Below are positions 28,960 to 37,738 of a stretch of DNA of 64,000 bases, in pieces. The translations under genes were made by a program, and so were the position numbers. Source of the stretch: an uncultured Bacteroidaceae bacterium (GTDB lineage: Bacteria; Bacteroidota; Bacteroidia; Bacteroidales; GCA-2748055); assembly GCA_964539395.1 (NCBI GenBank), contig CAZIIU010000015.1:1419-65418 (forward strand), read 5' to 3'. How positions within the stretch are numbered: position 1 is the stretch's first letter; each line of letters opens with the position of its first letter. The notes under the pieces are model-generated. The model did no database searches, was not told the origin of the DNA, and was given only the letters and a program-made list of their open reading frames with translations.

Positions 28960-30210
28960 CTATCTGATTTTTAAAGTAATAATTGTGATCACGGCCAGTA
29001 AAAGTCCAATGATCCAGAACCTTGTAACGATTTTTGCCTCCGGGTACCCAAGTTTCTGAAAATGGTGGTGTGCCGGTGCCATAAGAAAAATTCGTCTCCC
29101 CTCCCCGAACCTTCGCCTGGTGTACTTAAACCAGGTTACCTGCAGCATTACAGAGAGACTCTCATAGAGATAAATGCCACAGAGTACCGGTATTAACAGC
29201 TCTTTCCTGATCACAACTGCGAATACTGCAATGATCCCCCCAAGTGCCAGGCTTCCGGTATCGCCCATAAAAACCTGTGCAGGAAAGGAGTTATACCACA
29301 GAAACCCAATGGTAGCCCCCACCATGGCTGAGGCAAAGATCACCAGCTCACCGGCATTGGGTATGTACATAATATTCAGGTAATCGGCAAAAATAGCGTT
29401 ACCGGAAACATAGGCCAGGATGCCCAGTGTAGTGCCGATAATAGCTGCTGATCCCGTGGCCAGTCCGTCTAACCCATCCGTAAGATTTGCGCCATTCGAC
29501 ACCGCTGTTACAATAAAGATCACAACCAGGATAAACACGACCCAGACCAGAGAGTCGGCAGATTTTCCGGCAAACCAAACCAACCAGGTATAGTTAAATT
29601 CATTATCCTTCACGAATGGGATGGTAGTTAGCGGGGTCTTGTGGTCCAGCAGGTAATACTGAACTCCTTCGTTATTGGTTACTTTTGGCAGATGGTCATA
29701 ATCGATGCTCGACTCGTCCGATACCGGGATCCTTTCGCGAATGACCGCAGTATCGCTCAAAATAAAGGCAAGCCCGACGATCAGGCCGAGTCCGACCTGA
29801 CCGAAAATTTTAAACTTACCGTGCAGTCCCACCTTGTTCTTAAGAAATACCTTGATATAATCGTCAATGAAACCTATCAGTCCGAGCCAAACCGTGGTAA
29901 TGAGCATCAGAATCACATAGACATTGTCCAGCCTGCCGAAAAGTAGTAAAGGAAGTACGATCGACGCCAGGATGATGATCCCGCCCATGGTCGGGGTACC
30001 CTGCTTCCTGCTCTGGCCCTCCAGCCCCAGGTCGCGTACCGTTTCACCAATCTGTTTTTTATGCAGGTAAATAATAATCCGTTTACCGATGAACAATGAT
30101 ATAAGCAATGAAGTGATCACTGTCATCGAGGCCCTGAACGAGATATACTGGAACATCCCCGCTCCGGGAATGTTAAACTGATTCAGATATTCAAACAGAT
30201 AATAAAACAT
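28960..30210 (-). CDS. mraY: Phospho-N-acetylmuramoyl-pentapeptide transferase
   Basis: [36 protein letters not shown]. Confidence 0.97.
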   Translation of the reverse strand: MFYYLFEYLNQFNIPGAGMFQYISFRASMTVITSLLISLFIGKRIIIYLHKKQIGETVRDLGLEGQSRKQGTPTMGGIIILASIVLPLLLFGRLDNVYVILMLITTVWLGLIGFIDDYIKVFLKNKVGLHGKFKIFGQVGLGLIVGLAFILSDTAVIRERIPVSDESSIDYDHLPKVTNNEGVQYYLLDHKTPLTTIPFVKDNEFNYTWLVWFAGKSADSLVWVVFILVVIFIVTAVSNGANLTDGLDGLATGSAAIIGTTLGILAYVSGNAIFADYLNIMYIPNAGELVIFASAMVGATIGFLWYNSFPAQVFMGDTGSLALGGIIAVFAVVIRKELLIPVLCGIYLYESLSVMLQVTWFKYTRRRFGEGRRIFLMAPAHHHFQKLGYPEAKIVTRFWIIGLLLAVITIITLKIR

Positions 30211-30216
30211 CGACCG

Positions 30217-31665
30217 TTACTTTAAATATTTATTAATCACTTCCTTATCATCAAAATGTCGTTTTACACCGCCAATCTCCTGGTAATTTTCGTGTCCCTT
30301 CCCTGCTACCAGAATTACCGATTTACCTTTCCCGATCATGCATGCCGTTTTGATAGCCTCTTCCCTGTCGGCTATTTTTAGTATATCGCCTGATTTTTCT
30401 TCCGGAACCCCCATTTCCATCTCCAGCATAATCGCTGCCGGATCCTCAGAACGGGGATTATCTGAGGTCAGGATCACAGTGTTACTCAGCCTGGCTGCCA
30501 CCTCCCCCATTTTCCTTCGCTTGGCCCGGTCCCTGTCACCCCCGGCTCCCACCACCGTAATGACCCGACGCTCCAAACCGTTCACCTCCCGTATCGTCTC
30601 AAGTACGTTCCTCAGCGCATCATCGGTATGGGCGTAATCGATAATCGCAATATCCCCCCCGGTACCCCTGATCACCTCAAACCTTCCTTTTGCTGCATTT
30701 GCCATACTGATCGTTGCAAGCACCTGCTCTTCATTATGGCCCAGCAGAAGCAAAGTACCGAAAACAGCGAGGATATTGCTGGCATTAAACCTACCGGTAA
30801 GTCTTACCCACACCTCTTTGTCATTGAGCTTCATTCGCATACCCTCGAAATGCATTTCAAGCACCTTCCCATAGTAATCCGCGAGCCTTCCCAATCCGTA
30901 GCGGTACTTTCTTGCATGGGAATGCTGAAGCATCACCTCCCCATTCCTGTCGTCGGCATTTGTAAGGGCAAATGACTCCTCCCCAAGACGGTCGAAAAAT
31001 GACTGTTTTGCCATCAGGTATTCCTTAAAATCCCTGTGGTAATCGAGGTGGTCATGTGTAATATTGGTAAATATTCCTCCTATGAACTTTAGTCCGTCGA
31101 TGCGATGCTGACTTACAGCATGGGAGGAGACCTCCATAAAGCAGTACTCACATCCACGGTCAACCATCTCCCTGAGCCACCTGTTAATCTGCAACGGGTC
31201 GGGTGTTGTATGTGTGGCCGGATATGACCGGTCGTGAATGATCACCTCAATGGTAGTTAAAATACCGGCCTTGTACCCAAGGCCGGTATTGACCTTATAT
31301 AATAAGGTGGCTATGGTTGTTTTACCATTGGTGCCGGTAATACCCACAAGATTGATCTCCCGTGAGGGATGACCATACCATGCAGAGGCGATCAGGGCGA
31401 TTGCCCGTCGGCTGTTCTTTGTAAGAATATAGGTAACCCCCTCAGCAGGTACCTCCGGCAGTTCCTCGCACACAACGGCCACCGCCCCGGCATTCACTGC
31501 TTCAGGAACAAACCTGTGCCCGTCTACAGCTATTCCTCGTATTGCTACAAAGAGCGATCCGGCAGTAACAGCTTTTGAGTCGAATACTACCGAACCGATC
31601 TCCCTCTCCCTGCTACCAGCAACATGAACGATCTCCAGGTCCTGTATGAGGTTGTTCAGTTTCAT
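30217..31665 (-). CDS. murE: UDP-N-acetylmuramoyl-L-alanyl-D-glutamate--2,6-diaminopimelate ligase
   Basis: The ORF 30217..31902 is trimmed to the ATG at 31665 (MKLNNLIQDL), which gives the usual ATGA overlap with the ftsI stop. Motifs GITGTNGKTT, DYAHTDDAL and TSDNPRSE are present. Confidence 0.95.
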   Translation of the reverse strand: MKLNNLIQDLEIVHVAGSREREIGSVVFDSKAVTAGSLFVAIRGIAVDGHRFVPEAVNAGAVAVVCEELPEVPAEGVTYILTKNSRRAIALIASAWYGHPSREINLVGITGTNGKTTIATLLYKVNTGLGYKAGILTTIEVIIHDRSYPATHTTPDPLQINRWLREMVDRGCEYCFMEVSSHAVSQHRIDGLKFIGGIFTNITHDHLDYHRDFKEYLMAKQSFFDRLGEESFALTNADDRNGEVMLQHSHARKYRYGLGRLADYYGKVLEMHFEGMRMKLNDKEVWVRLTGRFNASNILAVFGTLLLLGHNEEQVLATISMANAAKGRFEVIRGTGGDIAIIDYAHTDDALRNVLETIREVNGLERRVITVVGAGGDRDRAKRRKMGEVAARLSNTVILTSDNPRSEDPAAIMLEMEMGVPEEKSGDILKIADREEAIKTACMIGKGKSVILVAGKGHENYQEIGGVKRHFDDKEVINKYLK

Positions 31666-33776
31666 CCTTCGGTGATGCTCATTACAAGTTGAACATGATC
31701 TCCTTTTCGCAACAACGTACCAGGTACAGGCAACTGCGTTCTTACGGTACCGCGACCGCTGATACTCACCTTGAGTCCCATATTCTCCAGCAGAAAGAGT
31801 GCATCTTTCGCTCCCATATCTTTTACATCTGGCACATAGAGGGTACTTATATCGCTCCTGAACAGCTTTACCCCATCCCCCGAACTTCTGGTTCTTGCCC
31901 ACCAGGATTCATGGTGGCCAGACTCAAACGGTATATCGAGGTATTTAAGAACGGATTCCAGTTCCGGCCTGAAACCACTTTTTGAATATGGTGCTTCGCT
32001 GATTTGGGCAATGCGGTCCTGTCGGAGTTCCTGCATGTTGAGATCACGAACATAGATCCTGTCAGTAATCTCACGAAAGATAGGACCGGCAACGAGGTTT
32101 CCGTAATAAACCGACCTCGAAGGGGAACTTACCACAACGATGCAGGAATAAGTAGGGTTGTCGGATGGAAAGTACCCAACGAAGGAGGCCTGGTACCTGC
32201 CTGTCGTGTAGCCATGACCGGCATCGGCGATCTGTGCAGTTCCTGTCTTACCCGCGATCGGGTAGTAGGAGTTGCGGAGGTTTTTCGCTGATCCGTGTTC
32301 CACCACACCCTCGAGCATTGGTCTGATCTTCTGTAAGGTCTCCTCCGAGCAGATTTTTGGGTTGATAATCTCTTTGCTGAAGATATGCTCCACTTTCCCG
32401 TGATATCGGATCTCCTCCACGAACTGCGGTTTTACCATCTGTCCGTTATTCGCGATTGCATTATAAAATGTCAGCAGCTGCAGGGGTGTCAGACGCACCT
32501 CATAGCCTATCGAGATCATGGGTAAAGATATACCCGACCAGAACGGGCTGTCGGTGTATTTTATATCCGGGGTCCCTTCTCCTTTAATCTCAACACCCAG
32601 CTTCCTGTTAAGTCCCAATCTGTAGAGCCTGTCGATATAGCGCGAAGGACTATCCTTATAGTGCTGGTAAACCAGTTTTGAGATCCCAACGTTGGAAGAA
32701 TGTTCAAACGCCTCACTGAATGTTATTTTGCCGAGCCCTTTGTCTCCGCTGTCTTCCAGTTTATGCCCGTTATAGTAGGTTATACCATTCCCGACATCGA
32801 CAATATCTTCGGGCTTCACAAAACCATCCTCGAGAAGGGCAATCACCGATGCCAGTTTGAAGGTCGATCCCGGCTCCGTACTTGCACCAATCGCATAGTT
32901 ATAGTCCTCAACATACCTGCCACTTCCGGTTCTGCCGAGATTGGCGATCGCTCTTATCTTACCCGTCTTTACCTCCATGACTACCACCGTTCCATGATCG
33001 GCAACGTGCTTCTGCAGTTGCATCATGAGTGCATTTTCTGCCACATCCTGCAAGTCGATGTCGATGGTGGTAACAACATCATACCCATCTCTTGGCTCAA
33101 TTTCGTTCCTGTCGCTCAAAGGCATCCAGTTACCGGACGATATCTTCTGCATCAGCCTGTAACCCTGGACCCCGGCAAGCTCTGTATCATATGCCCCCTC
33201 AATTCCCACCACGCTTCCATAATCGCCCTGCATGGTATAGCCAATAGTACGGGCCGCCAACAATCCGTGAGGCCTGATGCGCCGGTTCTGCTGAACAAAG
33301 ATTGTCCCTCCCTGGTACCTGCCCAACCGGAAGATGGGAAAACGTTTTAACTCCTGTAGCTGGGTGTATGTAACATTTCTCTTTACCAGGAAGTAGCGGT
33401 TGCCATCTTCGCGGGCGCGCACGAGATTCTGCTTGTAACTGGTCCAGTGCCGATCTCTGAAAAGATTGGCAAGTCTGATTGCCAAAGAATCAACGTACCT
33501 ATCAAAAATTTCACGCGTAAAAGCTTCGCTCCGCATATCCATCCTGATCTCATAATAGGGCACTGAGACAGACAGCAATCGCCCGTCGGCCGAATAGATA
33601 TTTCCCCTGTTGGGCTCAATGGTCCGGTAGGTGATACTGTTCACCTCCGAATTCTCCCAGCGCTCCTTTTCTACCAGCTGCATGTAAAACATCTTACCTA
33701 GAATCAGCAGCGCAAGGATCACCATGGCAAGGTACACCACACCAACCCGTATCAATATGTTTCTCTTAAGCGACAT
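31662..33776 (-). CDS. ftsI: Penicillin-binding protein (FtsI/PBP3-type transpeptidase) with C-terminal PASTA domain
   Basis: SxxK (GSTFKLAS), SxN (HSSNVG), KTG (GKTGTAQ). N-terminal TM anchor and a PASTA-like tail (VPDVKDMGAKDALFLLENMGLKV). Confidence 0.93.
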   Translation of the reverse strand: MSLKRNILIRVGVVYLAMVILALLILGKMFYMQLVEKERWENSEVNSITYRTIEPNRGNIYSADGRLLSVSVPYYEIRMDMRSEAFTREIFDRYVDSLAIRLANLFRDRHWTSYKQNLVRAREDGNRYFLVKRNVTYTQLQELKRFPIFRLGRYQGGTIFVQQNRRIRPHGLLAARTIGYTMQGDYGSVVGIEGAYDTELAGVQGYRLMQKISSGNWMPLSDRNEIEPRDGYDVVTTIDIDLQDVAENALMMQLQKHVADHGTVVVMEVKTGKIRAIANLGRTGSGRYVEDYNYAIGASTEPGSTFKLASVIALLEDGFVKPEDIVDVGNGITYYNGHKLEDSGDKGLGKITFSEAFEHSSNVGISKLVYQHYKDSPSRYIDRLYRLGLNRKLGVEIKGEGTPDIKYTDSPFWSGISLPMISIGYEVRLTPLQLLTFYNAIANNGQMVKPQFVEEIRYHGKVEHIFSKEIINPKICSEETLQKIRPMLEGVVEHGSAKNLRNSYYPIAGKTGTAQIADAGHGYTTGRYQASFVGYFPSDNPTYSCIVVVSSPSRSVYYGNLVAGPIFREITDRIYVRDLNMQELRQDRIAQISEAPYSKSGFRPELESVLKYLDIPFESGHHESWWARTRSSGDGVKLFRSDISTLYVPDVKDMGAKDALFLLENMGLKVSISGRGTVRTQLPVPGTLLRKGDHVQLVMSITEG

Positions 33777-34150
33777 TATTCCACAGTTCTCACCAGTTTT
33801 TTTAACGGCTCTCTGTTTTCAACCAGGCCGGTACCCTTCTCTTTCACCAACTGCTCCACCCTGCTCTGCCTGCTTACCATCATCAGTTCGGAAGAGGTAG
33901 AGATCGCCTGTGAACGCAATTCTCTCACCTCCGACTGAAGTTCATTGGTCTTAATAACCAGCTTTTCTGCATGGTTCCTGTTTGCAATCATAAACAGGGA
34001 GAGGATCACTAACAGGCCAAGGAACGGAGCCTGTCTGATTACCGCTTTTTGTGTCAGTACGTTCCCGTCGATCAGGCTGCGCAAAGAGAATTGCTGCTGT
34101 TTCTCCCCGCGTACCTCATCAAATTCAATATTATTTCTGTCCCGCTGCAC
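33776..34150 (-). CDS. ftsL: FtsL-like division protein
   Basis: 124 aa, a single TM (FLGLLVILSLFMIA) followed by a coiled-coil-like segment. The conserved position between rsmH and ftsI supports the call. Sequence identity alone is weak evidence. Confidence 0.65.
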   Translation of the reverse strand: MQRDRNNIEFDEVRGEKQQQFSLRSLIDGNVLTQKAVIRQAPFLGLLVILSLFMIANRNHAEKLVIKTNELQSEVRELRSQAISTSSELMMVSRQSRVEQLVKEKGTGLVENREPLKKLVRTVE

Positions 34151-34218
34151 CTGTTTATCTTATCAGTATCGTTATGGATCGTAAAATCTTGTTTTAAGTC
34201 GCTGTTGCAAAACCTTCC

Positions 34219-35118
34219 TCAAATCCTCTCGGCAATTCTCAGTTTTGCACTCCTCGCTCTGCTGTTCTCAGCGATCTCCCCTTCTGTCGGTACGATCACT
34301 TTTTTGTTGATCACCCTCCAGCATTTCTCCGGTTGGCCGTAAAAATCTTTCTTTACCACCCCTTCCAGGTTACCCGACCGCATATAATTCTTTACCAGCC
34401 TGTCCTCCAACGAATGGTAGGTGATTATTACCAATCTGCCCTCCGGAGCGACATATTCTTTTGTCTGTACCAACATCTCCCGCAGTGCATCGATCTCTTC
34501 ATTTACTTCAATCCTGATCGCCTGGTACACGCGGGCAAGGAATTTTGACCTGTTCTGCTGTGGCACCAGGTCGCCCAGTATCTCTTCCAGCCGCCCGCTA
34601 GTTTCAATGGGTGACCGGGAACGGGCGCTGATGACCGCCTTTACCAATAGACCGGTATTTTTTAACTCCCCGTACTCCCTGAAAATGCGGTTGAGATCCT
34701 CCTCGGAGGTTTTGTTAAGCACTTCAACGGCTGTCTTTTTCGAAGAGGTGTTCATCCGCATATCAAGCCTGCTGTCGCTTCTAAATGAAAACCCTCTCTC
34801 AGGCCGGTCGATCTGGTATGAAGAGATTCCCAGGTCGGCAAGAATACCATCAACCTGCTGAACCCCATAGTACCTCAGAAAATTCCGAAGATACCTGAAA
34901 TTGGCCCTGATAAACACCAACCGTTTATCATCCAATACATTCTGACCAGCATGCGGGTCCTGGTCGAAGGCCAGCAACCTTCCCTTTTTACCCAACTTTT
35001 CGAGAACGCTTCGAGAGTGTCCACCACCGCCATAAGTAAGATCCACGTAAGTCCCTTTTGGCTTAATATTCAATCCTTCTATACTCTCATTCAATAAAAC
35101 AGGCCTGTGATAAGCCAT
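34219..35118 (-). CDS. rsmH: 16S rRNA (cytosine1402-N4)-methyltransferase
   Basis: The ORF 34219..35247 is trimmed to the ATG at 35118 (MAYHRPVLLNES). Motifs DLTYGGGGHS, GILADLGISSYQ and ITYHSLEDR are present. Confidence 0.95.
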   Translation of the reverse strand: MAYHRPVLLNESIEGLNIKPKGTYVDLTYGGGGHSRSVLEKLGKKGRLLAFDQDPHAGQNVLDDKRLVFIRANFRYLRNFLRYYGVQQVDGILADLGISSYQIDRPERGFSFRSDSRLDMRMNTSSKKTAVEVLNKTSEEDLNRIFREYGELKNTGLLVKAVISARSRSPIETSGRLEEILGDLVPQQNRSKFLARVYQAIRIEVNEEIDALREMLVQTKEYVAPEGRLVIITYHSLEDRLVKNYMRSGNLEGVVKKDFYGQPEKCWRVINKKVIVPTEGEIAENSRARSAKLRIAERI

Positions 35119-35119
35119 A

Positions 35120-35584
35120 TTATTCTGATTCACTGGTTGTTCCACCAAGAATTCTCTCAGCCATTGAGGCAAAACCATCGTCTGCGATGCTAACACCGGT
35201 ATAACTCTCGGGCGACCATAATTCGATCTTTCCCGACTGACCGGCAAGCACTACATCGCCGGTAATACCCGCATAGTCGAGCAATCGCTTCGGAACAAGC
35301 ATCCTGTTGTTCGTATCGAGTGTCACCTCCGCGGTTCCGGCATAGAACATCCTTAGAAATTTTGCATGCTCTTTATTGTAGGGATTGGTCCGCTCTCTGA
35401 TTATGGTGTTTTGTCGCTCCCACTCCCGCATCGGGTAAAGGATCAGGCACTGATCGAAGACATCCCTCTTCAACACAAAACCCTCCTCTGAATCATTCTT
35501 CATCTGCCGCTTGAAAGCTGCCGGAAAGGAGAGCCTCCCCTTGGAGTCGATCTTAACTGTATATTCCCCGATAAATGTGATCAT
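35120..35584 (-). CDS. mraZ: Division/cell-wall cluster transcriptional regulator MraZ
   Basis: FIGEYTVKIDSKGRLSFPAAF, with a second SpoVT/AbrB-type half (LDTNNRMLVPKRL). It is the first gene of the dcw cluster. Confidence 0.95.
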   Translation of the reverse strand: MITFIGEYTVKIDSKGRLSFPAAFKRQMKNDSEEGFVLKRDVFDQCLILYPMREWERQNTIIRERTNPYNKEHAKFLRMFYAGTAEVTLDTNNRMLVPKRLLDYAGITGDVVLAGQSGKIELWSPESYTGVSIADDGFASMAERILGGTTSESE

Positions 35585-35623
35585 CGCTATATGCCTATTG
35601 AAAAGTAAAAATATATAAAAATT

Positions 35624-35658
35624 CCCACTTCATACCATTTTATCCCACTTTTTCCCAC
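35624..35658 (-). promoter_or_regulatory. Candidate MraZ operator: GTGGG boxes phased at 10 bp
   Basis: The minus strand reads aaaGTGGGaaaaaGTGGGataaaATGGTatgaaGTGGGaattttt. Plus-strand CCCAC lies at 35624-28, 35644-48 and 35654-58, with a degenerate ACCAT at 35634-38. The last box is 40 bp upstream of the mraZ ATG and is followed by an AT-rich tttttatatattttta stretch. Confidence 0.6.
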
Positions 35659-35777
35659 TTTGTTAATAACTTTTTTCATGATCAATAAGCTGTCAGCATT
35701 GATAAGGTGTCTGTTGCCCTGTTTCTCATCCGGTATTTTTTTGATACTTTTGTATATTGGAAACATACCAATGCTGT

Positions 35778-36641
35778 ATGACAGACGACTCCTTTAAAAA
35801 GGAATATAAACCTATTGACATACGTGAGATCTTCCGTGAAAAAAATCCACGAATGGCCCGTATTATACCAGGGTTTGTATACCGTTACCTGCACCGTGCA
35901 CTGGTGCTGGATGAAATTAACGAGATACTCAGGCTGCACGGACACAAGAAAGATTTTGAATTTGCCTCGGCGGCAATTGATATGTTCAATGTATCTGTCG
36001 ACCTGGCAGGCAGGGATAACCTGCCTCAGGGAGGTCCTTTTATTTTTGTTTCGAACCACCCGCTCGGAGGTTTCGATGGTGTCCTTCTTATCCGTGAAAT
36101 CGGAGAACGATACAACCGGAAATACAAGGTGCTGGTAAACGATATCCTTATGAATATAAAAAACATGCACGGGATCTTTATCCCCATCAACAAGCATGGT
36201 TCCCAGGCAGTGGAGAATGTCAGGCGGATCGAGCGGCTATTTGAATCGGACGACCATATAATGACATTCCCTGCAGGACTTGTTTCAAGGAGAAAACGGG
36301 GAGTTATCAGGGATGAGGCGTGGATGAAGAGCTTTGTTACGAAAGCTGTCAAACATAAAAGGGATGTCGTACCGATTCATATCACCGGCAGGTGCTCCAA
36401 CTTCTTCTATGTCCTGGCCAATATTCGTACCTTCCTGGGCATCAAGGCTAATCTGGAAATGTTCTATCTGCCCAGCGAAACTTTTAAGCATAAAAACGGA
36501 CATTATCGTATAACGATCGGAAAACGTGTTAGTTACAATACGTTTGACAAGCGACACAAACCTGCTGAATGGGCTGCTCTTATGAGAGAACATTGCTATA
36601 CTATCGCTGAGGATCCAAGTGCCGAATTTGACCCCAACTAA
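35778..36641 (+). CDS. Lysophospholipid/PlsC-family O-acyltransferase (GlsA/OlsA-like)
   Basis: The ORF is trimmed to the ATG at 35778. It has the acyltransferase HX4D block (FVSNHPLGGFDG) and a later FPAG..SR block (MTFPAGLVSRR). It is paired with the N-acyltransferase gene immediately downstream. Confidence 0.75.
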   Translation: MTDDSFKKEYKPIDIREIFREKNPRMARIIPGFVYRYLHRALVLDEINEILRLHGHKKDFEFASAAIDMFNVSVDLAGRDNLPQGGPFIFVSNHPLGGFDGVLLIREIGERYNRKYKVLVNDILMNIKNMHGIFIPINKHGSQAVENVRRIERLFESDDHIMTFPAGLVSRRKRGVIRDEAWMKSFVTKAVKHKRDVVPIHITGRCSNFFYVLANIRTFLGIKANLEMFYLPSETFKHKNGHYRITIGKRVSYNTFDKRHKPAEWAALMREHCYTIAEDPSAEFDPN

Positions 36642-36656
36642 CAAAACAGGACTATT

Positions 36657-37670
36657 ATGAACATGAAGCGAATTATTCCGGCAGTTCCAAAGAAGGTTCT
36701 TCTTGCTGAGCTTACGGAAGATAAGTTTATCCGAAAAACGAACAAGGGAGGTAATCTCTTGTATATTGTCAACCATGAGAACGCTCCCAATCTGTTACGG
36801 GAGGTCGGCAGGCTCAGGGAAGTTGCTTTTAGAACTGCAGGTGGCGGCACAGGTAAGGATTGTGACCTGGATGATTACGATTTCGTAGCGAACGGTTACA
36901 AGCAGCTTATCGTCTGGGATCCTGACCAGCAGGAGATTCTGGGTGGTTACCGGTTCCTGATTTGTAGCGCAGACAGCTGCAATGCTGGGGGTGAGGTAAA
37001 GCTCGCAACAGCAAAATTATTCAACTTTTCAGAAGAGTTTAAAAAGCATTACCTGCCGAATATGATCGAGCTTGGGCGCTCATTTGTGCAACCGATGTAC
37101 CAGTCGACCAATCTCCGCAGGAAAGGATTATACGCACTCGATAACCTGTGGGACGGACTGGGAACTCTGGTTCTTGATCATCCGGAGATAAAATACTTCT
37201 TCGGCAAAGTTACAATGTACCTGCATTACCACCAGCAGGCACGGGATATGATCCTCTATTTTCTCAACAAGCACTTTCCCGACAATGATCAACTGGTGGT
37301 ACCGAAAGAGCCATTGCGGGTACTGATGGATCCGAAAACCCTTGAGGAGATATTCACTGGTGCCGATTATCTGGAAGACTATAAAATCCTTTCAAAAGAG
37401 GTACGTTCCCTTGGAGAAACAATCCCACCCCTGATCAATGCCTACATGAATTTATCTCCTTCAATGCGATCGTTTGGTACCGTTATGAACCACAGCTTCG
37501 GAGAGGTGGAGGAGACCGGGATAATGATCACTGTAAACGACCTTTATAAGAGTAAAGTGGAGCGGCACCTGTCGAACTATATCCCAAAACACCTCAGGAG
37601 GATCAGGAACATCAACATCAGAAATACCAGGCTGAACGACCTGTTCAACAGGTTCAGCAGGAATGCGTAA
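36657..37670 (+). CDS. GNAT-fold N-acyltransferase (hemolysin-like; GlsB/OlsB-like)
   Basis: 337 aa. LREVAFRTAGGGTGKD, YRFLICS, ELGRSFVQPMYQ. This pattern is typical of the OlsB/GlsB-type N-acyl amino acid synthases found beside a PlsC-type gene. Confidence 0.7.
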   Translation: MNMKRIIPAVPKKVLLAELTEDKFIRKTNKGGNLLYIVNHENAPNLLREVGRLREVAFRTAGGGTGKDCDLDDYDFVANGYKQLIVWDPDQQEILGGYRFLICSADSCNAGGEVKLATAKLFNFSEEFKKHYLPNMIELGRSFVQPMYQSTNLRRKGLYALDNLWDGLGTLVLDHPEIKYFFGKVTMYLHYHQQARDMILYFLNKHFPDNDQLVVPKEPLRVLMDPKTLEEIFTGADYLEDYKILSKEVRSLGETIPPLINAYMNLSPSMRSFGTVMNHSFGEVEETGIMITVNDLYKSKVERHLSNYIPKHLRRIRNINIRNTRLNDLFNRFSRNA

Positions 37671-37738
37671 TGGTATTCCGGGGACCAGCTTAACTAGCTT
37701 ACAGGATCAGTCGGGCACTTCATGGAGTTTCAACCATG

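Noticed and set aside
30217-31902. Long N-terminal extensions in the ORF track: murE (561 aa), rsmH (34219..35247), yebC (to 43064), aroA (to 50209), GH97 copy 2 (from 1737), miaB (from 44071) and pabC (to 7334).
   Set aside because: The extensions overlap the upstream gene, are Arg/Cys-rich or otherwise non-protein-like, and canonical family N-termini begin at internal ATGs. For murE and rsmH the internal start gives typical small overlaps with the upstream stop codon. I trimmed the starts accordingly.
20304-35584. Absence of murF and ddl from the dcw cluster as an anomaly.
   Set aside because: As far as I recall, the mraZ-rsmH-ftsL-ftsI-murE-mraY-murD-ftsW-murG-murC-ftsQ-ftsA-ftsZ order without murF is the usual Bacteroidota arrangement. 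It is not evidence of gene loss.
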